A DNA stretch of 64,000 nt, from contig JAQTQG010000001.1 in NCBI GenBank assembly GCA_028712375.1, positions 110,126 to 174,125 of the forward strand. The letters are read 5' to 3'. The stretch is from Candidatus Omnitrophota bacterium (GTDB lineage Bacteria; Omnitrophota; Gorgyraeia; Gygaellales; Profunditerraquicolaceae). The position numbers and the translations under genes were made by a program. Numbering within the stretch: the first letter of the stretch is position 1; each line of letters starts with the position of its first letter. Positions 37,465 through 47,749 of the stretch are shown piece after piece. Under the pieces are notes generated by a model. It was not told the DNA's origin. It searched no databases and was given only the letters and a program-made list of their open reading frames with translations.

Positions 37465-38067
37465 ATGATTTCTGTAATTTTGCCGGTTTTTAACCAGGAG
37501 AGTAGTATTGAAGCAGCAGTGAATAGCGTTAACAGCCTGCCTGTTGAAAAAGAAATTATTGTGGTTAATGATGGTTCGCAGGATAATACCGCGGTAGTTT
37601 TAAGGGGATTGGTTTTGAATAATTTAAAAGTAATTCACCATGTCAGCAGCCGAGGTAAAGCGGCGGCAGCGCGAACGGGGATGGAAAATGCCAGCGGCGA
37701 GTTTGTAATTATACAAAGTGCTGATTTAAGCAGCGGTAATGATTATCTTCAGCTTTTAGAGGCGATAACTAATTCCGGGGCGGATATGGTATTGGGCGCG
37801 CGTTTTAGCAAAATGTCTCAAGGGGTGCGCGTCCCGAGGGTGAAGAGTTATTTCCTAACCTATTTTTTAAATGTTTTATTTGGCGTCAAGCTGCATGATT
37901 GGTTTACCCATTTCCAGCTTTTACGCCGGGAAAAATTCTTGGATTTATTTTCCGGATTAAAAAGCACGGATACGTTTTTTGAAATTCTCACCAAGGCTGT
38001 GCATAAAAAAATGCGTATAATTGAAGTGCCTATTTTATATGATCAAAAAAATACTTGTCATTCGTAA
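37465..38067 (+). CDS. Glycosyltransferase family 2 (short, about 200 aa)
   Basis: ISVILPVFNQE..IIVVNDGSQDNT N-terminal GT2 signature. Confidence 0.55.
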   Translation: MISVILPVFNQESSIEAAVNSVNSLPVEKEIIVVNDGSQDNTAVVLRGLVLNNLKVIHHVSSRGKAAAARTGMENASGEFVIIQSADLSSGNDYLQLLEAITNSGADMVLGARFSKMSQGVRVPRVKSYFLTYFLNVLFGVKLHDWFTHFQLLRREKFLDLFSGLKSTDTFFEILTKAVHKKMRIIEVPILYDQKNTCHS

Positions 38068-38932
38068 TGACCGGTTTGGTGAATTTTTATTGAATATCCC
38101 GGCAATCCGCGCGTTGAAGGAAGCATATCCGCTAGCTGAGCTTACTTTGGGGGTAAATTCTGCAGTTTGTGAGTTGGGTAATGCTGTGGAGTGTGCGGAT
38201 CAGGTAGCGGATTGGGAAAAGATTAGAAAAAGATTAAGGCAATACAGGTTTGATCTTTGTATTGTTCTGAACCCCACTAAAGAAGCGCATCAGAGTATTT
38301 TTTTGGCGGGTATTCCTGTGCGGGTCGGCTATGATAGAAAATTTGGTTTTTTGCTTACCCATAAATTAAAAGATACCAAACACTTCGGCAACCGGCATGA
38401 AGTTGATTGCAATCTGGAATTGGTAGGGTTACTGGGAATAAAAACTTCTGATAAATCTGTACGCCTTAGAGTAGACGGCAGTTTATATAAATATTTTATT
38501 AGTCAAAAGGTGGTTATTGTCCATCCTTTTACCAGTGATCCAGTTAAGCAGTGGCCGATGGAAAGGTTTGTTCATCTGGCGCAGCGTATTAAAACAGAAT
38601 TAGGCGTAAAAGTGGTGATTGCCGGCCGTTCAGAAAAAGTTCTTCAGTTAGGCGAAAATATCATTAACATGGTTAATCAAACTTCTTTGCCGGAATTAGC
38701 GGCATTATTGAAGCGGGGTTGTTTGCTGGTTTCAGGAGATAGCGGGCCAATGCATTTGGCTGCTGCTGTGGGGATTCCGGTTATAGCATTATTCAGGAAC
38801 GATTTGGTTGGTAAAACTGCGCAGCGCTGGGGCCCCTGGGGCAGCGGGCATGTGGTAATTGAAAAACAAAGTTTAGAGGATATAACTGTGGATGAGGTTT
38901 TTGATAAGGTTAAGGAGGTATTGAGCAGATGA
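38039..38932 (+). CDS. Glycosyltransferase family 9 (LPS heptosyltransferase-like)
   Basis: Start moved to ATG 38039 (MIKKILVIRNDRFGEF, typical GT9 N-terminus). The track ORF begins at a TTG at 38021. SGDSGPMHLAAAVGIPV C-terminal GT9 motif. Confidence 0.7.
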   Translation: MIKKILVIRNDRFGEFLLNIPAIRALKEAYPLAELTLGVNSAVCELGNAVECADQVADWEKIRKRLRQYRFDLCIVLNPTKEAHQSIFLAGIPVRVGYDRKFGFLLTHKLKDTKHFGNRHEVDCNLELVGLLGIKTSDKSVRLRVDGSLYKYFISQKVVIVHPFTSDPVKQWPMERFVHLAQRIKTELGVKVVIAGRSEKVLQLGENIINMVNQTSLPELAALLKRGCLLVSGDSGPMHLAAAVGIPVIALFRNDLVGKTAQRWGPWGSGHVVIEKQSLEDITVDEVFDKVKEVLSR

Positions 38933-40311
38933 ATTATGCGGTAATCCTGGCCGGTGGAGTGGGGAGCAGGTTTTGGCCGTTTTCCCGCGAGCTTGAGCCT
39001 AAGCAGTTTATAAAAATTATCGGCCAGCATAGCCTGCTGCAGGCAACTATTCAGCGATTAAAGGGGCTGGTGGATCCATCTTGCACTTATATTATCACGA
39101 ACAAGATTTATTTTTATGAAGTTAAAGCCCAGGTTGCCAAATTCAAAATTCCGGACAAGAATATAATTTTAGAGCCGCAGGGTAAGAATACCGCTCCGGC
39201 AGTGGGGTTATGCGCAAAACTAATCAACAAATTTGATCAGGACGCGGTACTTTTGGTTTTACCTTCCGACCATTATATCAAGAAGGTAGGAAATTTTAAA
39301 AAGACGCTTAAAAAAGCGATTGTTTGTGCTAAAAACAATCTTTTGGTTACTCTGGGGATTAAGCCTGTTGCAGCGTCTACCGGATATGGTTATATAAGAG
39401 TGGGTGCAAAAAAGAATGGTTATTGCCAGGTTAAGGCGTTTTTAGAAAAACCGGATTTAAATAAAGCCGGAAGGTATTTTAAAGATAAACGTTTTTACTG
39501 GAATAGCGGTATGTTTATCTGGAAAGCTTCTGTGTTCCTAGAGGAAGTAAAAAAATATTTACCAGGCCTGTATTCTAATTTGCAATTGATAAATTCCGTC
39601 GACGATATTGCCGGAGTTTGGCCCCGGATTGAAGCAATATCGGTTGATTATGGGATTATGGAACATTCTAAACGTATCGGGCTCATTCCCGCTGATTTTT
39701 ATTGGACGGATTTAGGAAGTTGGGAGGCTTTGTCTGAGATATTTCCAAAAGATAAAGGCGGCAATATTGTAAGCGGTAATGTCCTGAATTTAGACAGTCA
39801 GGGAGTTTGCGTGTTCTCCAGGGGAAACCGTTTGGTTTCGACTATTGGTATAAAAAATGCAATTATCGCAGATACTCCGGATGCTTTATTGGTTTGCGAT
39901 AGAGATCAGACTCAGGATGTGAAGAAGCTGGTAGGGTTGATGAAAACTTTAAACCGTAAAGAACGCCTGGTACATTTAACGGAAAGAAGGCCTTGGGGAT
40001 CGTTTACGGTCTTACAGCAAGGAATGGGTTTTAAAATCAAGCTTATTGAAATTACCCCGCATAAACGGTTAAGTTTACAGCGGCACAAGGATCGGGCTGA
40101 GCATTGGGTGGTAGTTTCCGGGATCGCTAAAGTGGTAAGCGGAAGAAAAACTTCTTTAGTGCATAGCAATCAGAGTATTTACATACCTAGGGGCAAGAAG
40201 CACCGTTTGGAAAATTCCACTAATCAGCCTTTGAGGATTGTGGAAGTGCAGACCGGAAATTATCTGGGCGAAGATGATATCGAAAGATTCGATGATGATT
40301 TTAAAAGATGA
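38929..40311 (+). CDS. manC: Mannose-1-phosphate guanylyltransferase / mannose-6-phosphate isomerase (bifunctional, cupin C-terminus)
   Basis: 460 aa. MNYAVILAGGVGSRFWP nucleotidyltransferase N-terminus and C-terminal cupin (RPWGSF..HWVVVSG). Confidence 0.85.
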   Translation: MNYAVILAGGVGSRFWPFSRELEPKQFIKIIGQHSLLQATIQRLKGLVDPSCTYIITNKIYFYEVKAQVAKFKIPDKNIILEPQGKNTAPAVGLCAKLINKFDQDAVLLVLPSDHYIKKVGNFKKTLKKAIVCAKNNLLVTLGIKPVAASTGYGYIRVGAKKNGYCQVKAFLEKPDLNKAGRYFKDKRFYWNSGMFIWKASVFLEEVKKYLPGLYSNLQLINSVDDIAGVWPRIEAISVDYGIMEHSKRIGLIPADFYWTDLGSWEALSEIFPKDKGGNIVSGNVLNLDSQGVCVFSRGNRLVSTIGIKNAIIADTPDALLVCDRDQTQDVKKLVGLMKTLNRKERLVHLTERRPWGSFTVLQQGMGFKIKLIEITPHKRLSLQRHKDRAEHWVVVSGIAKVVSGRKTSLVHSNQSIYIPRGKKHRLENSTNQPLRIVEVQTGNYLGEDDIERFDDDFKR

Positions 40312-41378
40312 AAAAATTCTTAATTATTAATCCTTTCGGTATCGGTGATGTTTTGTTTACTACCCCGGTGATTAAAGCGTTAAGGCACCAGCATCCGGAT
40401 AGTTTTATTGGTTATTGGTCGAACTTGCGGGTTAAGCCTATTTTGGAAAGTAACCTTCAGATTAACAAGGTTTTTGCCCTTTCCCGGGGAGACCTTAAAA
40501 AGATCTATCGGGAATCATTTTTTAAGGGCATCTGGATGGCGTTTAAATTATTTTGGGAAATAAAAAAAGAAGGATTTGATATTTGTCTTGATTTCTCTTT
40601 AGATCACCGCTATAGTTTATTGGCAAAAATAGCCGGAATTAAAAAACGGATAGGGTTTAATTACAAGGGCAGAGGCAGGTTTCTTACCGGTAAAATTGAT
40701 ATTGAAGGTTATGCGGATAAGCACGCGGTAGATTATTATCTGGGATTACTTAAATTCCTGAATATCCCGGCAGCGGATAAAACGTTATGTTTACCTGTTT
40801 CGGCGGAAGGTGAATTAAAAGCAAGAAAGATTTTCGCTTCGGTTGGAATTGAAAAAACAGATTCTGTAATCGGAATTTTTCCTGGCGCCGGAGGTAGTTG
40901 GGGCAAAGATGCCGCAGCAAAACATTGGCCGGCGCTAAAGTTTGCCCAGACAGCCAGTAAGCTGATGGAACATTTCGCAGCCAAAGTCGTGATTTTGGGT
41001 GATGAATCTGAGCGTAAGATTGCAGAAGTAATTGTGCATGCTATGGTTAAGAAACCGATAGATCTGACCGGAAAAATAGGGTTAGATAGCTTACCGGCAG
41101 TAATTAAAAATTGTAATTTATTGCTTACTAATGATGGCGGTCCGATGCATATGGCAGTGGCTTTAGGAGTAAAATCTGTTTCGATTTTTGGCCCGGTCAG
41201 CGAAATAATTTATGGCCCCTATCCGGCTGATAATGAGCATCTCGTTTTAAAAAGCAGCCTGGAGTGCAGGCCTTGCTATCATAATTTTCGCCTGGCGGCC
41301 TGCGATAAAGATAGGGAATGTTTGAAACGCGTGAGTGTGGATGAGGTGTTCAATGCAGCCGTTAAGTTGTTAAATTGA
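40308..41378 (+). CDS. Glycosyltransferase family 9 (LPS heptosyltransferase-like)
   Basis: 356 aa. MKKFLIINPFGIGDVLFTTP and NDGGPMHMAVALGV motifs. Confidence 0.7.
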   Translation: MKKFLIINPFGIGDVLFTTPVIKALRHQHPDSFIGYWSNLRVKPILESNLQINKVFALSRGDLKKIYRESFFKGIWMAFKLFWEIKKEGFDICLDFSLDHRYSLLAKIAGIKKRIGFNYKGRGRFLTGKIDIEGYADKHAVDYYLGLLKFLNIPAADKTLCLPVSAEGELKARKIFASVGIEKTDSVIGIFPGAGGSWGKDAAAKHWPALKFAQTASKLMEHFAAKVVILGDESERKIAEVIVHAMVKKPIDLTGKIGLDSLPAVIKNCNLLLTNDGGPMHMAVALGVKSVSIFGPVSEIIYGPYPADNEHLVLKSSLECRPCYHNFRLAACDKDRECLKRVSVDEVFNAAVKLLN

Positions 41379-41383
41379 GGAGA

Positions 41384-41407
41384 TTAATATAGTTTAAACT
41401 ATATTAA
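41384..41407. repeat. Perfect 24-bp palindrome TTAATATAGTTTAAACTATATTAA in the intergenic gap before the aminotransferase gene
   Basis: The reverse complement is identical to the forward sequence. It lies between a stop (41378) and a start (41419). Candidate operator or hairpin. Confidence 0.85.
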
Positions 41408-41418
41408 TAACTGGAAAG

Positions 41419-42540
41419 ATGAAAATATCAGCGTTAGATTTAAAGAAACAGATTGCCCCGATTCGACAGGAATTGGATGCCGCAGTAAAAGAGGTGATCG
41501 ATAATGCTAGTTTTATTTTGGGAGCGGGAGTGGAAAAATTTGAACAGCATATTGTTGAATATTCGGGCGCAAAATATGCGATTGGGGTTTCTAACGGTAC
41601 GGATGCTATAAGTTTGGGCTTGTTGGCGTTAGGGATTAAGCCGGGTGACGGGGTGGTTTGCCCGGCGTTTACTTATTATGCTACTGCCGGAGCTGCGGCA
41701 AATATCGGAGCGCGTCCGGTTTTTGCGGATATTGATGAAGATACTTATAATATTTCCCTTACAAGTATAGAAAAGGTATTGGCTAAAAAGAGCAAACTTA
41801 AGATTAAGGCGATTATCCCGGTACATCTTTATGGGGCTTGTGCGGATATGGATGAGATATTAAGATTGGCGCGTAAATATAAAATTAAAGTTCTTGAAGA
41901 TACCGCTCAGGCATTTGGGGCTGAGTATAAAGGGGCAAAAGCCGGCACATTGGGTGATTGCGGGGCAGTAAGTTTCTATCCTGGTAAAAATTTAGGCGCT
42001 TTTGGCGATGCGGGATTGATTTTGACGAATAATAAAACGCTGGCTGAAAAATTGAAAATTTTACGCAATCAGGGGAATAAGGATAAATACTACCATTCGG
42101 TTTTGGGCCGCAATAACCGCATGGATACTATTCAGGCGGTGGTATTGGATATCAAGTTAAAGTATTTGGATTTTTGGAATAGATCCAGGCAGGAAGTGGC
42201 CCGGTATTATAATAATAATTTATCCGGCTGGAATATTAAGCTGCCGGTTGTTCCGGATGGCTCTACGCATATCTACCATCAATATGTGCTCAGGTCTTCG
42301 CTTTCCAATAAGTTGTTTATGAATTACCTGCAAAAAAAAGGAATAGATTCCCGGGTGTTTTATCCGGTTCCTTTACATTTGCAGAAATGTTTTAAATATT
42401 TAGGGTATAAAGCCGGAGATTTTGTGCAAGCCGAACAGGCGGCAAAGCAGACATTTACTTTACCTGTTTATCCGGAGTTGACCGTAGAGCAAAGGGATTA
42501 TATTATTAAAACTGTAAAGGAGTTTATGCATGGCCAATAA
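41419..42540 (+). CDS. DegT/DnrJ/EryC1/StrS family PLP-dependent sugar aminotransferase
   Basis: 373 aa. GVSNGTDA, SFYPGKNLGAFGDAG (PLP Lys present). Confidence 0.85.
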   Translation: MKISALDLKKQIAPIRQELDAAVKEVIDNASFILGAGVEKFEQHIVEYSGAKYAIGVSNGTDAISLGLLALGIKPGDGVVCPAFTYYATAGAAANIGARPVFADIDEDTYNISLTSIEKVLAKKSKLKIKAIIPVHLYGACADMDEILRLARKYKIKVLEDTAQAFGAEYKGAKAGTLGDCGAVSFYPGKNLGAFGDAGLILTNNKTLAEKLKILRNQGNKDKYYHSVLGRNNRMDTIQAVVLDIKLKYLDFWNRSRQEVARYYNNNLSGWNIKLPVVPDGSTHIYHQYVLRSSLSNKLFMNYLQKKGIDSRVFYPVPLHLQKCFKYLGYKAGDFVQAEQAAKQTFTLPVYPELTVEQRDYIIKTVKEFMHGQ

Positions 42541-43294
42541 GCTATCGGTAATGATTTTGACCAAGAATGAAGAGTCTTGTATTGCAGATTGCCTGGAATC
42601 GGTAAAGTGGGCGGATGAAATTATTGTAGTGGATGATGAAAGTTCGGATAAGACGGTTGAGATTGTAAAGAAATATAATGTTAAACTTTTCTTCCGTAAG
42701 ATGGATATCGAAGGTAAGCACCGCAATTGGGGGTATGCCCAGGCAAGGAATCAGTGGGTGCTAAGCTTGGATGCGGATGAAGTAGTTACTCCAGAGTTAA
42801 AAATAGAGATTGAGCAGGCGATTGAATCCACGGAATTCGCGGCTTACGATATTCCCTTGCGTAATTTTATCAGTAATTATTGGGTAAAATACGGCGGTTG
42901 GTATCCGGCGGCTAAGGTGCGGCTTTTTCAAAAAGATAAATTCAAATATGAAGAGGCGCAAGTGCATCCGCGGGCATTTATCGATGGGCCTTGCGGGCAT
43001 TTAAAAGCGGACATTATTCACCGGGGTTACCCGGATTTAGAGCATTTTCTGAACAGCGTTAACCGCCAGTCAACATTGGAAGCTGAAAAGTGGATTAAAA
43101 CCGGCCGCAAAATGACTTTGTTGTGGGCTGCCTGGAGAGCGGTAGATCGTTTCTTTAGAAGGTATCTTAGGAAGAAGGCGTATAAGGACGGGATGTATGG
43201 CTTTATTATTTCATTCTTCGATACGCTATATCAAATATTAAGCTATGCTAAGTTCCGGGAGATGCAGAATAGGAATAAGCAGAATGCATCTTAA
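42530..43294 (+). CDS. Glycosyltransferase family 2 (LPS core-type, WaaE/KdtX-like)
   Basis: 254 aa. [27 protein letters not shown] motif. Confidence 0.65.
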   Translation: MANKLSVMILTKNEESCIADCLESVKWADEIIVVDDESSDKTVEIVKKYNVKLFFRKMDIEGKHRNWGYAQARNQWVLSLDADEVVTPELKIEIEQAIESTEFAAYDIPLRNFISNYWVKYGGWYPAAKVRLFQKDKFKYEEAQVHPRAFIDGPCGHLKADIIHRGYPDLEHFLNSVNRQSTLEAEKWIKTGRKMTLLWAAWRAVDRFFRRYLRKKAYKDGMYGFIISFFDTLYQILSYAKFREMQNRNKQNAS

Positions 43295-43332
43295 AACAGT
43301 CATCTGTCTGTAGCGGGAGAATCTGCCGGTCT

Positions 43333-44268
43333 ATGATTGATTTAAAAAATAAGCATATTTTAGTTACTGGCGGGGCAGGTTTTCTGGGAAAGCATCTTGT
43401 TGCCCGGTTGCGAGAATGTGGTTGCCGTAATATTTTTGTGCCGCGTTCGGATAATTATAATTTAGTGGAGTCAGAAGCAGTAAAACGTCTTTATTCTGAT
43501 GCCCAGCCTGAGATTGTAATACATTTGGCTGCTCAAGGAGGTGGCATTGGTGCTAATCTTGATAATCCCGCTAAGTTTTTTTATGATAATTTGATGATGG
43601 GGGCGTTAATGATGGAAACCGGGCGTGCCCGGGGTATCGAAAAGTTTGTAGCACTAGGGACTGTTTGCGCTTATCCTAAATTTACCGCGGTTCCTTTTGA
43701 GGAGAAAAATTTCTGGGACGGCTACCCGGAAGAGATAAATGCTCCTTATGCTTTGGCGAAGAAAATACTCCTTGTGCAGTCGCAGGCATATCGAAAGCAG
43801 TATGGATTTAACTCTATCTTTTTACTGCCGGGCAACCTTTATGGCCCGGGTGATAATTTTGATTTGGATTCAGCGCATGTTATTCCCGCGCTGATAAGGA
43901 AATGTTTAGAAGCGCAAGAGAAAGATCGTAAAGAAGTTTTAATTTGGGGTACCGGAAAAGCTACCCGGGAATTTCTTTATGTTGAAGATGCGGCCGAGGC
44001 AATTATTCTGGCGGCGGAACAATATGATAAGTCCGAGCCGGTAAACATTGGCTCAGGCTTTGAAATATCGATTAAAGATTTGGTTAAGCTTATTGCTAGG
44101 TTTACCGGATTTAAGGGTAAAATAGCCTGGGATAAGACTAAGCCTGACGGACAGTTAAGAAGAAGGTTAAATACTGTAAAAGCTTATCGTGAGTTTGGTT
44201 TTAAAGCCAGAATGGGCCTTGAAGAAGGGCTGAAAAGGACTATTGATTGGTATAAAACAAATTTTTAA
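43333..44268 (+). CDS. fcl: GDP-L-fucose synthase (GDP-4-keto-6-deoxy-D-mannose-3,5-epimerase-4-reductase)
   Basis: 311 aa. Colinear with Fcl over the whole length ([70 protein letters not shown]). Confidence 0.85.
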   Translation: MIDLKNKHILVTGGAGFLGKHLVARLRECGCRNIFVPRSDNYNLVESEAVKRLYSDAQPEIVIHLAAQGGGIGANLDNPAKFFYDNLMMGALMMETGRARGIEKFVALGTVCAYPKFTAVPFEEKNFWDGYPEEINAPYALAKKILLVQSQAYRKQYGFNSIFLLPGNLYGPGDNFDLDSAHVIPALIRKCLEAQEKDRKEVLIWGTGKATREFLYVEDAAEAIILAAEQYDKSEPVNIGSGFEISIKDLVKLIARFTGFKGKIAWDKTKPDGQLRRRLNTVKAYREFGFKARMGLEEGLKRTIDWYKTNF

Positions 44269-44297
44269 TAAATAACCCGGGGGGAAGATTTATAATT

Positions 44298-44837
44298 ATG
44301 AAAGTCGTATTTTTAGATAGGGATGGCGTGATAAATAAATATCCAGGAGACAAGCTTTACGTTACTTCTTTAGCCAAATTTAGATTTTTATCCAAAGCTA
44401 AGAAAGCAATTGCTTTGTTGAGCAAAGCAGGATGCAGGGTATTCGTGGCTTCTAATCAGGCCGGGGTAGGTAAAGGTACCTATAGCCAGAAAACTCTTGA
44501 TCTAATTACTGCTAACATGCTTAAAAGTATTGCAGCGGAAGGCGGTTTGATTCAGCAGGTTTATTATTGTACGCACCGCAAAGAAGCAAGCTGCTCCTGC
44601 CGTAAACCAAAGCCGGGGCTATTGAAAAAAGCCGCGGATAAGTTCGGGTTTAATTTAAAAACCGCTTATTTTATCGGCGATACAATTCGTGACGTGGCTA
44701 CCGCGCGGGCAGCTGGATGTAAATCAATCTTGGTGCTAACCGGTAAAGAGAAGCTGGTTAATCAGAAAAACTGGGAAATTAAGCCGGATTTTGTATTTAA
44801 AGATCTCCTGGCAGCCGCAAAATTTTTAACTAAATAA
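44298..44837 (+). CDS. gmhB: D-glycero-D-manno-heptose 1,7-bisphosphate 7-phosphatase (HAD IIIA)
   Basis: 179 aa. VFLDRDGVIN motif I. Zinc-binding CxH..CxCRKPKPG motif typical of GmhB. Confidence 0.8.
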   Translation: MKVVFLDRDGVINKYPGDKLYVTSLAKFRFLSKAKKAIALLSKAGCRVFVASNQAGVGKGTYSQKTLDLITANMLKSIAAEGGLIQQVYYCTHRKEASCSCRKPKPGLLKKAADKFGFNLKTAYFIGDTIRDVATARAAGCKSILVLTGKEKLVNQKNWEIKPDFVFKDLLAAAKFLTK

Positions 44838-44841
44838 AATT

Positions 44842-45933
44842 ATGAAAGTATTGATTATTCATGCTTCAGCCGGAGCCGGTCACCGCAGGGCGGCGGAAGC
44901 AATCTATAGTTATTTAAAAGAGAATTCTCCGGAACTGGATCTGGTGCTTCTGGATGCTTTGGATAAGACTAATGCTTTATTCAAATTTGATTATACTAAA
45001 GGGTATTCGTTTTTAGTGCACTATGCCACCAAACTGTGGCATTGGGCTTTTTTGGCGACCGATTGCAAGTTTTTGCGCCCGGTCAGCCGGGCTTTGGCGC
45101 GCATAATTAATTCTATTAATTCGCAAAAGTTAATTCAGTATTTTATTCATGAAAATCCCGACGTTATTGTTTCCACGCATTTTCTCCCTTCGGAGCTGGC
45201 GGCCGATTTAAAGAATCAACATAGGATTAGTTCAAAATTAATTACGGTTATTACGGATTACGGAGTACATCCTTTTTGGATTTCCGGGGGAACCGATTTG
45301 TATGTAGTTGCGTCGGATTTTACTAAAGAGCGGCTGGTAATGGAGGGGGTGGATGCCGGCAGAGTCAGTGTTTTGGGACTGCCTTTTGACCCGAAATTTT
45401 TAAGGCATTTTGACCGCAGGATTCTTTGTCATAAGCTTGGAATAGACCACAAGCAATTCACTGTTTTATTAATGACCGGTTCTTTTGGCTTGGGTCCGCT
45501 TGAGGAAATTACCGAAGCTTTACATAAAGATTGCCAGGTTTTAGTGGTTTGCGCCGGGAATGAAAAACTTTACGAGAAATTGCTTAAACGTAACCTGGAG
45601 AATGTTAAAGTTTTTGGCTTTATTTCAAATACTGAAGAGCTGATGGCTGCCGCACAGGTAATTATTACTAAACCAGGCGGTGCTACGATTACTGAGGTGT
45701 TGATTATGGAGCTGCCGGTTGTGTTTATTAGCGCTATTCCGGGGCAGGAAACAGCTAACGTAGAAGCGTTGTCCGGATATGGTATCGGAATAACTCCTAA
45801 AAATATTGAAGAAATTAAAAGATACATCTTGTTTTTAAAAAACAACCCGCAAAAAATATTGGAATTGCGACAAAAGATCAGGGAAGTTCAAAAGCCGTTT
45901 GCGTGTAAGGAGTTGGCTAGTGTTATACGCTAA
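44842..45933 (+). CDS. MGDG-synthase/diacylglycerol glycosyltransferase-like GT28 family glycosyltransferase
   Basis: 363 aa. N-terminal MKVLIIHASAGAGHRRAAEAI matches the MGDG_synth/UgtP-like domain. C-terminal GT28 domain (ITKPGGATITE). Confidence 0.6.
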   Translation: MKVLIIHASAGAGHRRAAEAIYSYLKENSPELDLVLLDALDKTNALFKFDYTKGYSFLVHYATKLWHWAFLATDCKFLRPVSRALARIINSINSQKLIQYFIHENPDVIVSTHFLPSELAADLKNQHRISSKLITVITDYGVHPFWISGGTDLYVVASDFTKERLVMEGVDAGRVSVLGLPFDPKFLRHFDRRILCHKLGIDHKQFTVLLMTGSFGLGPLEEITEALHKDCQVLVVCAGNEKLYEKLLKRNLENVKVFGFISNTEELMAAAQVIITKPGGATITEVLIMELPVVFISAIPGQETANVEALSGYGIGITPKNIEEIKRYILFLKNNPQKILELRQKIREVQKPFACKELASVIR

Positions 45934-47731
45934 TGTTGTGTTGGGCTTACCGGTTGAAGGGCCGTTTGATTATCTTGTGCCGGTGGATTTAGAAAGTAAG
46001 GTTAAGGTTGGTTCAAGGGTTTGGGTGAATTTCCGCAATAAAAAAGAAGTTGCCTACATCGTAGAATTAAACAATAAAACTAAAATTAAAAAAATAAAAG
46101 AAATCGCTTCAGTGATCGATATTTTTCCGGTTCTAGATGAACCCATGTTTTTATTAACCAGGAAGCTGGCGCAATATTATTGCTGTTCTTGGGGTGAGGC
46201 AATTGAAGCGGCGCTGCCGGATGAGCTAAGAAAAGGCAGGCGTTTGGAGGCGCGCCTGCCGGAGGCAAGCCAGTTTTTTGATAAAGCAGTAAATGAACAA
46301 GAGCAGCGTTTACTTTTTGTGCAGGGTTTTAGCCGGATGCCGGTTTATTTAAGGGAAATCAAAAAATCCCTGGCGTCTAAGAAATCAGTAATTGTCCTGT
46401 GCAGTAATATCTTAATTGCGGAGAAATTCAAAGCGGTTATTCAGGTTGGTCTGGAAGCGGAAGTTTTTATTGCTCACCGTAAGCAGGCGGCCGAATTAGA
46501 GGTTTGGAAAAAAATCAAACAAGCAGGCTTTTGTGTAGTGGTGGGGACGCGTTCAAACATTTTCTCGCCGGTTAATAATTTAGGATTGATAATTGTCGAT
46601 CAGGAGGAAGACCAGGTATACAAGCAGGAACAGGCTCCGCATTATCATGCCCGGGAAGTCGCGCTGATGCGCGCGCAAATTCAGGGCGCAAAGGTTATTT
46701 TGGGCAGTCATTGTTTATCTCTTGAAGGATTTTATTTAATGCAAAAAGACAAGCTGGACCTGGAAGTTATTTCTGCGCAACAGGCCTATCCTCAAGTAAA
46801 AGTTATTGACGTGCGCCGCCTGGCTTACGCGGACAGAAAGAACAAGTCCATATTTTCTAAATTTCTGGTAGACGCGATACAGGCTGTTTTGGTTGAAAAA
46901 GGTAAAGTTTTATTAGTGATTAACCGCAAAGGTTTTGCTACAACCGTTGCCTGCCATAATTGTGGTGTGGCTTTAAAATGTCCGCGTTGCGATATTAATC
47001 TGGTGCTGCATTTTGATCAAGATGAATTAAGGTGCCATCATTGTAATTTTAAAATGCCGCTGCCTAAGATTTGCCCGAACTGTAACGCCGGGTATATTAA
47101 ATATTTCGGCCTGGGTACGGAAAAGGTGGAAAGTGAATTGTCCAGGATTTTTCCGCAAGCGCGTATCGGCCAGGATATTATAGTGGCAACCGGTTCAATA
47201 GCCAGCCAGCAGGGGCTAAGTTTTGATTTGATCGGAGTGATGGTAATCGACGATTCTCTTAACCGGGTAGATTACCGGGCAGCAGAAAAGACCTTTTCCA
47301 TGCTTTCCGGAATCATTAATTTGACTTTTAAAAAGGTGATTATTCAAAGCTCTAATGCCAGCCATCCCTGTTTTCAGGCTTTGATAAAAAACGATCCGCA
47401 GCTTTTTTTAAAAGAAGAGTTGAAGGCGCGCAAGCAGCTGAATTTTTCTCCTTTTGGCCATATGATTTTACTTAAGATCCGGGGGAGAGATTTGGAAAGA
47501 ACTAAAAAATCCTCCCAAGATTTATTCCAGAGATTAAACGGAATTAAAACCAGCAGCTTGAAGTTGCTTGCTCTTAATCCTGCCCAACCGGCAAAATTGC
47601 GGGGGAATTTTTACTATCAAATATTGATGCGCACTCTTCACGTAGAAAAAGCCGTTCATTTTTTAAAATTACACTTAAAAGAAGGGCATTATTCGGGTAT
47701 AATAGTTACCGTAGATGTGGATCCGGTTTAG
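45899..47731 (+). CDS. priA: Primosomal protein N' homolog (PriA) with degenerate helicase ATPase motifs
   Basis: 610 aa. Colinear with PriA, including the Cys4 zinc-binding region (CHNCGVALKCPRCD...CHHCNF...CPNCN). Walker A reads QGFSRMPV instead of GVTGSGKT. Walker B reads DQEE instead of DEEH. Motif VI is not recognisable. The start may be GTG 45920 (VLYANVVLGLPV). Confidence 0.75.
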   Translation: MRVRSWLVLYANVVLGLPVEGPFDYLVPVDLESKVKVGSRVWVNFRNKKEVAYIVELNNKTKIKKIKEIASVIDIFPVLDEPMFLLTRKLAQYYCCSWGEAIEAALPDELRKGRRLEARLPEASQFFDKAVNEQEQRLLFVQGFSRMPVYLREIKKSLASKKSVIVLCSNILIAEKFKAVIQVGLEAEVFIAHRKQAAELEVWKKIKQAGFCVVVGTRSNIFSPVNNLGLIIVDQEEDQVYKQEQAPHYHAREVALMRAQIQGAKVILGSHCLSLEGFYLMQKDKLDLEVISAQQAYPQVKVIDVRRLAYADRKNKSIFSKFLVDAIQAVLVEKGKVLLVINRKGFATTVACHNCGVALKCPRCDINLVLHFDQDELRCHHCNFKMPLPKICPNCNAGYIKYFGLGTEKVESELSRIFPQARIGQDIIVATGSIASQQGLSFDLIGVMVIDDSLNRVDYRAAEKTFSMLSGIINLTFKKVIIQSSNASHPCFQALIKNDPQLFLKEELKARKQLNFSPFGHMILLKIRGRDLERTKKSSQDLFQRLNGIKTSSLKLLALNPAQPAKLRGNFYYQILMRTLHVEKAVHFLKLHLKEGHYSGIIVTVDVDPV

Positions 47732-47749
47732 AGTTTATGGGGAATTGAC

